DNA from: Terriglobia bacterium
Lineage (GTDB): Bacteria > Acidobacteriota > Terriglobia > 20CM-2-55-15
NCBI GenBank assembly: GCA_965198225.1
Contig: CBDAOY010000007.1
Coordinates: 96,001 to 160,000 of the forward strand
Length of the DNA stretch: 64,000 nt
Direction: 5' to 3'
The position numbers and the translations under genes were made by a program. This document shows positions 9,883 to 17,894 of the stretch, in pieces. The notes beneath the pieces are model-generated. The model was given only the letters and a program-made list of their open reading frames with translations. It was not told where the DNA came from and did no database searches. Within the stretch, counting starts at the first letter, position 1; each line of letters starts with the position of its first letter.

Positions 9883-11307
9883 CTATCCCCCCACCGGCGC
9901 CCGCCGCAGATGCCAATCCGTGGCCGATTCGTACGCGTGGGCCGCGCGGTAGAGCGTGAACTCGTCGAACGGCCTTCCGTAGAGCTGAATCGTAATCGGG
10001 AAGGTCGGCGTCCCGGAGAACATGCCGCAGGGAAGAACCAGCGCAGGGTAGCCTGTCATGTTCCCGATCGAGGTGTTGCCCCGGCGGACCGACGTCGCCG
10101 TGGTTTCATCGTAGCTGGCTCGGGCCTGCTCCGCCGTGCGCAGTTCGCGGGGCTTGTTCTTGCTGCCCGGAACGGCCATGATGTCGCATTTTCGGAATGC
10201 CTGCTGCATCTCCTTCTGCAGGATCGTCCGGATTCGGTTCGCCTTGATGTAGTCGGTTGCCGTGTAGAACATCGCGGCGCCGAGCTCACGCTGAATCTGC
10301 AGGTCGAAATCGTCCCATTGTTCCCGTAGCCGCTTCTCATGGAAGCATGCCGCTTCCGACATCGCGATGATCCACAGCGCCTGTCCTGCAAGCTCGGCGT
10401 GCGGGATTTCGACATCCACGGTCTTGGCGCCCTTGTCGACGAGTAGCTGGACGGCGTCGCGGACGGCCTTGTCGGCCTCAGCCTCGGCGCCCTCGAAGAA
10501 ATAGTTCTTCGGAATTCCGATGCGCAGGCCTTCGACATTGTTGGTCAGTGCTCGACTGTAGTCCGGAACGGGATCGTCTGTGGTCACCGGATCCATCGGA
10601 TCGCGACCGGCAATCACCTGGAGCATGTTCGCGTTATCGGCGACGGTCTTCGTCATCGGTCCAGCGTTGTCGAGTGTCCAGCTCAACGTAGTGACACCAT
10701 AGCGGCTGACGCGGCCGTACGTCTGTTTCAATCCCACGATACCGTTCGCGCTTGCCGGGCCCCGGATCGACCCACCCGTGTCGGTTCCGATCGACAGCGG
10801 GACCATGTAGGCGGCAAGCGACGCTCCGGACCCGCTGGACGAACCCGACGGCGAATAATTCAGGTCCCAGGGGTTGCGCGCTGTTCCAAAGCTCGTCAGC
10901 GTCGCGTTTCCCATTGCGAACGGACTCATCGAAAGCTTGCCCACCATGATGGCGCCAGCCTTGTTCAGACGGTCGGTTATGGTGGATTCGTGGTGCGTGA
11001 CTTTATCCTTCGTGACATCGGAGCTGTTCGTCGTGCGGTGACCCTTCGTCGCCAGGATGTCTTTGGGCGCGTAGGGCAAACCGTGCAGCGGCCCGATGTA
11101 GCGTCCGGCCTGAATCTCCCGCTCCGCCTGCCGTGCTTTCGTGAGCGCTTCGTCGCGCAGAATCGTGATGAAGGCATTCACTCTCGGGTTCAGTTCCTCG
11201 ATCCGGTCCAGGAAAGCCCCGACGACTTCCACCGGCGATACATCCTTGCGGCGGATCATCCCGCCAAGGTCCCTGCCGCTCTTGAAGACGAGTTCGTTTT
11301 CCTGCAT
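9883..11307 (-). CDS. Amidase-signature family enzyme (GatA/AtzE-like), no signal peptide
   Basis: Lys-cisSer-Ser motifs GPLHGLPYAPKD, SGSSSGS, GTDTGGSIR; ATG 11307 (MQENELVF) preceded by GGAGG; the upstream ORF extension overlaps the small gene. Confidence 0.9.
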   Translation of the reverse strand: MQENELVFKSGRDLGGMIRRKDVSPVEVVGAFLDRIEELNPRVNAFITILRDEALTKARQAEREIQAGRYIGPLHGLPYAPKDILATKGHRTTNSSDVTKDKVTHHESTITDRLNKAGAIMVGKLSMSPFAMGNATLTSFGTARNPWDLNYSPSGSSSGSGASLAAYMVPLSIGTDTGGSIRGPASANGIVGLKQTYGRVSRYGVTTLSWTLDNAGPMTKTVADNANMLQVIAGRDPMDPVTTDDPVPDYSRALTNNVEGLRIGIPKNYFFEGAEAEADKAVRDAVQLLVDKGAKTVDVEIPHAELAGQALWIIAMSEAACFHEKRLREQWDDFDLQIQRELGAAMFYTATDYIKANRIRTILQKEMQQAFRKCDIMAVPGSKNKPRELRTAEQARASYDETTATSVRRGNTSIGNMTGYPALVLPCGMFSGTPTFPITIQLYGRPFDEFTLYRAAHAYESATDWHLRRAPVGG

Positions 11308-11309
11308 CC

Positions 11310-11609
11310 CTACACCCTCCCTTTCGCCATAAAGATCGGGGCGGGCTCGATCATGTCGTCGATCTCCAGGCTTCGAAACGTCTCGAACTGATCGATGTTC
11401 TTCTGGATCGCCTTGGAGATGACCTCCAGTTGTTCCTCGCTGAGGTCGGCGTCGATGAGAGCAGCCGAGGTGCGGAGCGTGTCCAGCGACACCTCCTTGC
11501 CGGTTTGAGCCAGGACTTCGAGCGCCGCCGGCCCCGTTATTCCCACCGCCGCGAGAATCTGAAGCGCGTGACGGCGTGAGAGTTTGATGTTGTCGGTTCT
11601 GGGTTTCAT
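11310..11609 (-). CDS. 99-aa protein with twin-arginine signal and GatC/AtzG-like region
   Basis: GGAGG RBS; MKPRTDNIKLSRRHALQILAAVG...VLAQ; C-terminal LEIDDMIEPAPIF; stop 2 nt before the amidase ATG. Confidence 0.75.
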   Translation of the reverse strand: MKPRTDNIKLSRRHALQILAAVGITGPAALEVLAQTGKEVSLDTLRTSAALIDADLSEEQLEVISKAIQKNIDQFETFRSLEIDDMIEPAPIFMAKGRV

Positions 11610-11630
11610 TCCACCTCCAGGATTTCCCGT

Positions 11631-11697
11631 GTAGGTGCGGTCTATGACCGCACATTTCTTCGGTTCGATACGACGTGCGCTCATAGAGCGCACCTAC
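11631..11697. repeat. GTAG-family REP doublet, copy 2
   Basis: GTAGGTGCGGTCTATGACCGCAC (11631-11653) and GTGCGCTCATAGAGCGCACCTAC (11675-11697). Confidence 0.9.
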
Positions 11698-11706
11698 AGT
11701 TGCGTG

Positions 11707-13620
11707 TCATTGTCCAACGTGTTTCTCATAGTGTGCTGCGATACGTTCCAGCGAATCGCGAAGCGATTCCGGCCGCCAGTGGTACCAGCCGTGTGGCTCG
11801 TTGTTGTAGAGCACGTATTCGGTCGGCTTGCCCTTCTCCTTTGCCAGTCGGTAATACTCCTCGGCGAGGCTGCTCCTGACGCCGTAGTCCCGATCTCCCC
11901 ACAACATGAGCAGAGGAGCCTCGATACGATCGATGCCATAGAGCGCCGAACGCTCCCTCCAGTGTTGCGGGGCCGCAGTCGGATCTCCGCGGTCTCCGCC
12001 CACGACGTCACCCAGTACCGGCTTCTGGGCCGCCGTGAGATAGTCGTACATGTGGATCAAGTCGGTCGGTCCGTAGAAATTGACCGCCGCCTTCACGAGT
12101 TCCGGGTAGCGGACGAGGATCTGCATCGTGAAGTAGCCGCCGGTGCTGCCGCCTTGCATGACTACGCGTTCGGGGTCCCCGAGTCCCTCCGAGACCACGT
12201 ATTCCACACCCGCAGCAATGTCGTCGATATCGGCACCGCCCCAATCTCCGAAGTTCAACCATTCGTACTCCCGCCCGTTTCCAGCGCTTCCGCGAACCTG
12301 GGGCGCAAGCACGACGTAACCCTTCGATACGAAGTACTGGATGTAGGGGTAAAACCCGTTGACGTGCAGACCGTGGGTATTGGCGCGAGCGTAAATAAGT
12401 AGCGGCGGCAGGCCTTCCGCCGACGCGACGGGCCGGTAGAGAAATGCGGGCACCTCGAGGCCGTCGCTCGAGGGGTACGAGACGAGTTCCGGCTCCACGA
12501 ACAGATCCGTGTTGAGTGCATCGGACATGTGGTCGGTAAGCTGGACCGCTTCGCCGCCGTCGGTTCCGATGATCCAGATATCGCTTGTCGTCTTCGGGCC
12601 CATGTAGGTATGGGCGATCGACTCTCCGTCCGGCGACCAGCGAAACGTCCCCCGCGCCTGTAGCCCTTCGAACCCACCGCTCACACCGTCTCTCGTCGTC
12701 AGTTGTTGGGGTTCGCCGCCTTCGGCCGATACTTTCATCAGGTGAAAGTTCCACCGCTTGTTGGCGACGAACGCGATCTCGTTTCCGTCGGGCGACCACT
12801 GCGGATTGTACTCGTCCCACTCGCTCGTGGTGAGCATGCGGGTCCGGCCCGTTTCGACGTCGACAACCCCGATATTGCGCCAACCGGAACCGTTCGAGAC
12901 GAACGCGATCCTGGTTCCGTCGGGCGACCAGGCTGGAGCGGACTCATGGCTGTCTTCGGTGCCCGGAGTGAGCAACCTCGCCTCGCCCCCTGAACTCGGC
13001 ATGACCCAGATGTCCATTCGCTTCCAGTCGTTGTATCCGCTGCGGTCCGAAGCGAAAGCGATCCATCGGCCGTCCGGCGAGGGACGCGGGTCCCGGTTGG
13101 TGTGAGGACCGGCCGTCAGGTATTCGGGTTCCACCGGGCCGCGCGGGAGGTCCGCCGGCAGCCTGGCGATCTGGTCGTGGCCGCCGGGCCCGCCGCGGAT
13201 GAACACGATCGAATTACCGTCGGGCGTCCACCGCGCAAAGGCTCCGCCGGACCCGTATGAAATGTTGACGGGCGGCGACGGGCGATCCGGCGCCAGGAGA
13301 AAGATGTCTCCTCGTGAGATATACGAAATCCAGCGCCCGTCCGGAGACCACTGCGGGTCGCGTTCCTGTTCGGGATACCAGTCGGTGAGAGGACGGGCGT
13401 TGGAGCCGTCGGCGTTCACGAGCCAGATGTCGTAGCTGCCGTTCCTGGCCGACACGTAGGCAATCCGGCTGCCGTCGGGCGAATGCTGAAACTGCTCGAC
13501 CTTTCCGTTGGTCTGGGCCAGCAGGTCGATGAGCCGATCTGTTGCGTCCGCCGCCGGTGGGTCCTGGATCGGACCGCAGGACGCCAGCAGGAAGGCAATG
13601 ATCGGTATCCCGTATCGCAT
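11707..13620 (-). CDS. S9-family peptidase with PD40 propeller, lipoprotein
   Basis: Lipobox LLASC; WSPDG repeats; nucleophile GGSTGG, Asp in GDRD, His in EPHGW. Confidence 0.88.
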   Translation of the reverse strand: MRYGIPIIAFLLASCGPIQDPPAADATDRLIDLLAQTNGKVEQFQHSPDGSRIAYVSARNGSYDIWLVNADGSNARPLTDWYPEQERDPQWSPDGRWISYISRGDIFLLAPDRPSPPVNISYGSGGAFARWTPDGNSIVFIRGGPGGHDQIARLPADLPRGPVEPEYLTAGPHTNRDPRPSPDGRWIAFASDRSGYNDWKRMDIWVMPSSGGEARLLTPGTEDSHESAPAWSPDGTRIAFVSNGSGWRNIGVVDVETGRTRMLTTSEWDEYNPQWSPDGNEIAFVANKRWNFHLMKVSAEGGEPQQLTTRDGVSGGFEGLQARGTFRWSPDGESIAHTYMGPKTTSDIWIIGTDGGEAVQLTDHMSDALNTDLFVEPELVSYPSSDGLEVPAFLYRPVASAEGLPPLLIYARANTHGLHVNGFYPYIQYFVSKGYVVLAPQVRGSAGNGREYEWLNFGDWGGADIDDIAAGVEYVVSEGLGDPERVVMQGGSTGGYFTMQILVRYPELVKAAVNFYGPTDLIHMYDYLTAAQKPVLGDVVGGDRGDPTAAPQHWRERSALYGIDRIEAPLLMLWGDRDYGVRSSLAEEYYRLAKEKGKPTEYVLYNNEPHGWYHWRPESLRDSLERIAAHYEKHVGQ

Positions 13621-13631
13621 CGAGTCTGGGC

Positions 13632-13739
13632 AAGAGGGTTAAATAGGGGGGCAGAGCCCCCATTTCCCTGATTGGAACCTGCAATTAGTGAAAAGCAAAT
13701 TGAGTAAATGGGGGCTCTGCCCCCCTATTTAACGCTCTT
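13632..13739. repeat. 34-bp inverted repeat pair (second REP-like family) with 40-bp AT-rich spacer
   Basis: AAGAGGGTTAAATAGGGGGGCAGAGCCCCCATTT (13632-13665) versus 13706-13739, one mismatch; each arm contains hairpin GGGGGCAGAGCCCCC. Confidence 0.9.
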
Positions 13740-13740
13740 C

Positions 13741-14823
13741 TCACGGTCCGGGACGCCTGGGCACGTCACCGCCGTTTCGTTGATAGATGATCATGTCTTC
13801 TGTATCGTCGGGTCCCACCACGAGAGGAAGTCGTCCGGCGAGTTCGCGCCGGATCGTATTGACGACTTCCAGGCCGGCCGAAGGTGTGCCGCCCAGGAGA
13901 TGATCCCGCTTGTAACGTACCAGACCTTCGGCGGTCGCGGCATCCAGGACACCGGACGGACGGCCTGCCGCGTCGAAGATCTCCCGGTTGTCCGGAGAAA
14001 GATACCCGAGCCTCGCCAGCGATTCCTGCAGCCATCGAACATCGCCACCCCGGCTCTGTTCCATGACCCGGAACCCGGGCTCCTGGTTGCGGATCGAGCG
14101 CCATCGATAGTAGAGGTTTGCGAGATCGTGGATTGCGCTTCTGCTGTTATCGATCCGCAAGTTGACCAGATCGTCGACGTTGCCGGGGCTGACGCCTCCG
14201 GGTCGCCTTTTCTTCACCACCAGCGTGGCACCCATCCGACCTCTCGCATCCCCACCCGCGCGATCGGCCGCAACCAGAGACCGAAGCAGTCGTTCAGCCA
14301 AAGGCATGCCGGAACCCTCGGTCCCTTCGAAGGTGTCGGCAAATGCGTCGACGACTTCGGGTCCGGCGAGAATGTTGCCGGAAGTGGCGTAGTTGTTCCC
14401 GATCCGGTGACCCTTCCACATGCTCTCCCTGCCGGTTACCGCGACACTCCGGCCTTCGACGTCGACGATGTTGATCTGCCCTCCGCCCCAACCCTCTCCG
14501 TAGCGGTCGCGCAGACGCTGGATGACTTCTTCAGGGCTGGCGCCCTCTTCGAGCCAGTCCATCATCTCGTTGGCGTCTTTGTAGGGAGACCAGCCCATCG
14601 TCGCGATGGCGCCGACGTCGGCCCGCACATGAACCGCGATCGGGGCAACGGCGAAGAACCGCGACGCCATTGCCACACCGACTTCGCCCGTCTCCGGGTC
14701 GTAGCCGACAATCGACATGCTGCTGATGGGACTCATGCCCGGTTCCGGGATCTGGGCAGCCGCCGGCATAGCAACAAGGCAGAGGATGGCGGTCAAACAG
14801 AGTATTGTGTAAGCATTCCTCAT
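13741..14823 (-). CDS. Exported DUF1028 protein (Ser type) + peptidoglycan-binding-like domain
   Basis: Signal peptide; SMSIVGYDPETGEVGVA, SGNILAG, GGDARG, LRIDNS; then GGDVRWLQESLARLGY...DAATAEGLVRYKRDHLL. Confidence 0.82.
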   Translation of the reverse strand: MRNAYTILCLTAILCLVAMPAAAQIPEPGMSPISSMSIVGYDPETGEVGVAMASRFFAVAPIAVHVRADVGAIATMGWSPYKDANEMMDWLEEGASPEEVIQRLRDRYGEGWGGGQINIVDVEGRSVAVTGRESMWKGHRIGNNYATSGNILAGPEVVDAFADTFEGTEGSGMPLAERLLRSLVAADRAGGDARGRMGATLVVKKRRPGGVSPGNVDDLVNLRIDNSRSAIHDLANLYYRWRSIRNQEPGFRVMEQSRGGDVRWLQESLARLGYLSPDNREIFDAAGRPSGVLDAATAEGLVRYKRDHLLGGTPSAGLEVVNTIRRELAGRLPLVVGPDDTEDMIIYQRNGGDVPRRPGP

Positions 14824-14834
14824 GGCCACTCCTC

Positions 14835-15854
14835 CTACGGTGCCTTCCAGAACGACGTCACGCCTTGTCCGCGCGCCCGGTCCTGGAGAATGTCGATCAT
14901 CTTGATCACGGTTTCGCGGTTGACGGAACGGCCGGAACCCAGTTGATGGTCCTGTTTGAACCGGAGTACTGCCTCGACCGTGGCGTCATTGAAGGTCCCC
15001 CGCGGCTGCCCTCCCTCGTCGAACACGGCGCTGTTTTCCGCTTCGACATAGCCCAGCTCCAGCAACCATGTCTGCAAACGACCGACGTCGGCGCCCTGGG
15101 TCTGGAGAATCATTCGAGTCCCGTACTCGCGAGCCCGTTCGACGCGCCAACGCTCGTACAGGTAGCGCAGGTCGTCGATCGCATTCGGGCTGTCGTCGAC
15201 GCGTAGATCGACCAGGATGTCGGTGGCTCCGAACCCGGCTCCAGGCTTGTAGACCTGAAGCGCGGCGCCCAGGCGACCGCGCGCGTCACCACCCGCCTGG
15301 TCCGCAGCCTCCAGGGCCCGCAGGAGGCGTTCGGCCAGAGGAAGCCCGGCCCCCGCGGTTGCTTCGAAGGTGTCGGCGAAACCGTCGACCACTTCCGGGC
15401 CGGCCAGAATGTTGCCCGACGTCGCGTAGTTGGCGCCGATGCGATGACCCTTCCACTCGCTGGAGTTCGGGTTCGTCACCGCCGTGCTGCGGCCGGCGAC
15501 GTCGACGATGCTCATCTGGCCGATGTTGTCGTATTGTTCCCGCAGGCGTGCGGTGACTTCTTCCGGGCTAGCGCCTTCCTCCATCCAGTCCAGCATCATT
15601 GGGCCGTCTTTATAAGGCGCTCCGCCCATCGTGGCTATCGCTCCGACCCCTGCGCGCACGTGCGTCATCACGTAACCCACGGCGAACACGCGCGACGCGG
15701 AGGCGACACCGACTTCTCCCGTGTCCGGGTCGTAGCCGACGATCCCCATGCTGCTCATCAGGTGCTCTTCCCGCGTGAGGTCGACTTGAGCCTGGGCCGG
15801 CAAGGCCGACAGCAGGATCATGGCTAGAGCGACGATCATGCCCCGGTGTCTCAT
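14835..15854 (-). CDS. Exported DUF1028 protein (Ser type) + peptidoglycan-binding-like domain
   Basis: Signal peptide; SMGIVGYDPDTGEVGVA, DLRVDDS; GADVGRLQTWLLELGY...FNDATVEAVLRFKQDHQL. Confidence 0.82.
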   Translation of the reverse strand: MRHRGMIVALAMILLSALPAQAQVDLTREEHLMSSMGIVGYDPDTGEVGVASASRVFAVGYVMTHVRAGVGAIATMGGAPYKDGPMMLDWMEEGASPEEVTARLREQYDNIGQMSIVDVAGRSTAVTNPNSSEWKGHRIGANYATSGNILAGPEVVDGFADTFEATAGAGLPLAERLLRALEAADQAGGDARGRLGAALQVYKPGAGFGATDILVDLRVDDSPNAIDDLRYLYERWRVERAREYGTRMILQTQGADVGRLQTWLLELGYVEAENSAVFDEGGQPRGTFNDATVEAVLRFKQDHQLGSGRSVNRETVIKMIDILQDRARGQGVTSFWKAP

Positions 15855-17818
15855 CGTCCACCTCCTCTTTCCTGAACTTGCCGTTCGAGTTCACGCAGCA
15901 TGAACTGAACCAGATAGGGCGCCTCGTCCAGGTCGGAAGCTCTTTTCCATTCCATCGTCGCCTCCGCCGTCCTGTCGTTGAAGATGCCGTTCGGCTCGCC
16001 GTTCTCGTCGAAGACGCGGCGGTCCTCGGCATTCAGGTGCCCTAACTCGAGCAGGTAGCGCTGAAGCTGCCGGACGTCGTTACCCGTGGTCTGTTCGATC
16101 GGCTGAAAGCCGACGCCGTAAAGATGGTGGAACTTCCATTCCTCCCAGAGAGCGCGCAGTTCCGGAATCGCCTGCGTGCTGTCGTCGACGCGGAGGTCGA
16201 CGAGGAGATCGGTTCCCATGAAGCCCGCGCCCTTGCGGTAGACCTTTAGCTGTGCGCCCTGCTGCCCGCGAGCATCGCCCCCGACGGCATACGCCGCTTC
16301 GCAGGCCTGGAGCAACCGTTCGGCCAGGGGCAGCCCGGAGCCTTCGGTTCCCTCGAACGTATCGGCAAAAGCGTTGACCACCGCGGGGCCGGCCAGGATG
16401 TTCCCCGAGGTAGCGTAGTTCTTCCCGAAGCGCTGGCCGATCCACTGGGAGCCCCGCGGGCCGGTCGTGGGGAGGCTGCGGCCGGCAACGTCGACGATGT
16501 TGATCTGACCCGTGTCCGGAAGCATGCCGCGGACACGCCGCATAACTTCGACGGGGCTCAGGCCTTCCTCCTCCATCCAGTCCAGCATCTGCTCACCCAT
16601 CGTAAACGGACCGTTCTGCATGACGGTGATCGCACCGACTCCGGCGCGCGCGAACGAGGCTACCGGCCCAACCGCAAAGTATTTCGAGGTCATGCAATTG
16701 CCGACGTCGCCAGTGTCGGGATCGTAGCCCACGATCGACAGGCTGCTCATGATGTCGTCTTCAGGAGTCAGGTCGAAGGAGTGCGCTCCCGGCCCGACGT
16801 CTGCGAGGAGAGGCACGCTCAACCCGCGTTCTTCCATTTCGGCGCGGATCGAATTCACGGTTTCCAGCCCCGCAGAGGGACTGCCGCCCAGGCTGTGGTC
16901 TCTCTTGTAGCTGGAAACGGCGCCCGCGGTGACGTCCTCGAAGAGGCCGTTTGCCGCGCCTGCATCGTCGAAGATCGTCTCTTCGTCGCCGTCCAGGTAG
17001 CCCAGGGTTTTCAGGCTTGTCTGAAGCCATTGGACGTCCCGGCCGCGCGTCATGCCCATGATCCGGAAACCGGGGACTTCGGCGTGGACGTCCTTCCATC
17101 GCATGTAGAGCTTCCGCAGTTCGATGATCGCATTGCGGCTGTCGTCGATCCGCAGGTTGACCAGGTTGTCCATTCCGAAGCGGCCGCCACCCGCGCGCTT
17201 GACGATCAGGGTAGCTCCCATTCGCCCGCGAGCATCGCCGCCGGCCCGGTCGGCCGCCTCCAGCGCCTGGAGCAGCCTTTCGGCAAGCGGCAGGCCGATC
17301 GTCTCCGTCGATTCGAAGGTTTGAGCGAACGCGTCCACGACCTGCGGTCCCGCGAGGATGTTGCCGGCCGCTGCGTAATGCTTCCCGTACCTGTGACCCT
17401 TCCACATGCTGGCCTGGGTTTCGCTCGTCGTCGAGATGCTCCGGCCTTCGGCGTCCACGATGTTGATCTGGCCGACTCCCCGGGGATGGCGCTGTCGCAG
17501 TCGATCCAGTACGTCGGCAGGACTCACTCCTTCTTCGAGCCAGTCCAGCATCGATTCGGCGTCGGCGTAAGGTGCGCCTCCCATTGTTGCGACGGCCCCG
17601 ACATCCGCCCGGACGTGAGCCGCGATCGGCGCGACCGCGAAGAACCTCGAGGCCAGAGCGATCCCCACATCACCGGTGTCCGGGTCGTAGCCGACGATCG
17701 ACATACTACTCATCCCGTCGTCCGTCAATGGAACCGGTACCTGTGCGGCCGCGATGGTCGAGAAGAAGAACGGTAGGACGAACAACATCAGGGCGGGGAG
17801 TTTCCGAGAAGAATCCAT
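15851..17818 (-). CDS. Exported protein with two tandem [DUF1028 + PG-binding-like] units
   Basis: ATG 17818 after GGAGG; unit 1 SMSIVGYDPDTGDV; unit 2 SLSIVGYDPDTGDV (Ser codon 16742-16744); each followed by a DV..LQ..L..LG[YH]L domain. Confidence 0.85.
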   Translation of the reverse strand: MDSSRKLPALMLFVLPFFFSTIAAAQVPVPLTDDGMSSMSIVGYDPDTGDVGIALASRFFAVAPIAAHVRADVGAVATMGGAPYADAESMLDWLEEGVSPADVLDRLRQRHPRGVGQINIVDAEGRSISTTSETQASMWKGHRYGKHYAAAGNILAGPQVVDAFAQTFESTETIGLPLAERLLQALEAADRAGGDARGRMGATLIVKRAGGGRFGMDNLVNLRIDDSRNAIIELRKLYMRWKDVHAEVPGFRIMGMTRGRDVQWLQTSLKTLGYLDGDEETIFDDAGAANGLFEDVTAGAVSSYKRDHSLGGSPSAGLETVNSIRAEMEERGLSVPLLADVGPGAHSFDLTPEDDIMSSLSIVGYDPDTGDVGNCMTSKYFAVGPVASFARAGVGAITVMQNGPFTMGEQMLDWMEEEGLSPVEVMRRVRGMLPDTGQINIVDVAGRSLPTTGPRGSQWIGQRFGKNYATSGNILAGPAVVNAFADTFEGTEGSGLPLAERLLQACEAAYAVGGDARGQQGAQLKVYRKGAGFMGTDLLVDLRVDDSTQAIPELRALWEEWKFHHLYGVGFQPIEQTTGNDVRQLQRYLLELGHLNAEDRRVFDENGEPNGIFNDRTAEATMEWKRASDLDEAPYLVQFMLRELERQVQERGGGR

Positions 17819-17832
17819 GGTTCCTCCTGGAG

Positions 17833-17875
17833 AAATAAATCGAGCCCGGCCTCGCGGGAACGAAGCCGGGCTCGA
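17833..17875 (-). terminator. Intrinsic terminator-like hairpin between TBDR-2 and the DUF1028 genes
   Basis: TCGAGCCCGGC...GCCGGGCTCGA stem followed by TTTATTT on the minus strand. Confidence 0.65.
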
Positions 17876-17894
17876 GAGTGGAGGTAAATGCTCT

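Noticed and set aside
9883-11609. gatC-gatA of the tRNA amidotransferase
   Set aside because: No gatB adjacent, the small protein has an export signal, and the context is catabolic.
11308-11655. N-terminal extension of amidase ORF 9883..11655
   Set aside because: Overlaps the small Tat gene and a REP; a good RBS precedes ATG 11307.
9671-11697. REP copies as a CRISPR array
   Set aside because: Copies are inverted doublets at dispersed sites, not regularly spaced direct repeats; no cas genes.
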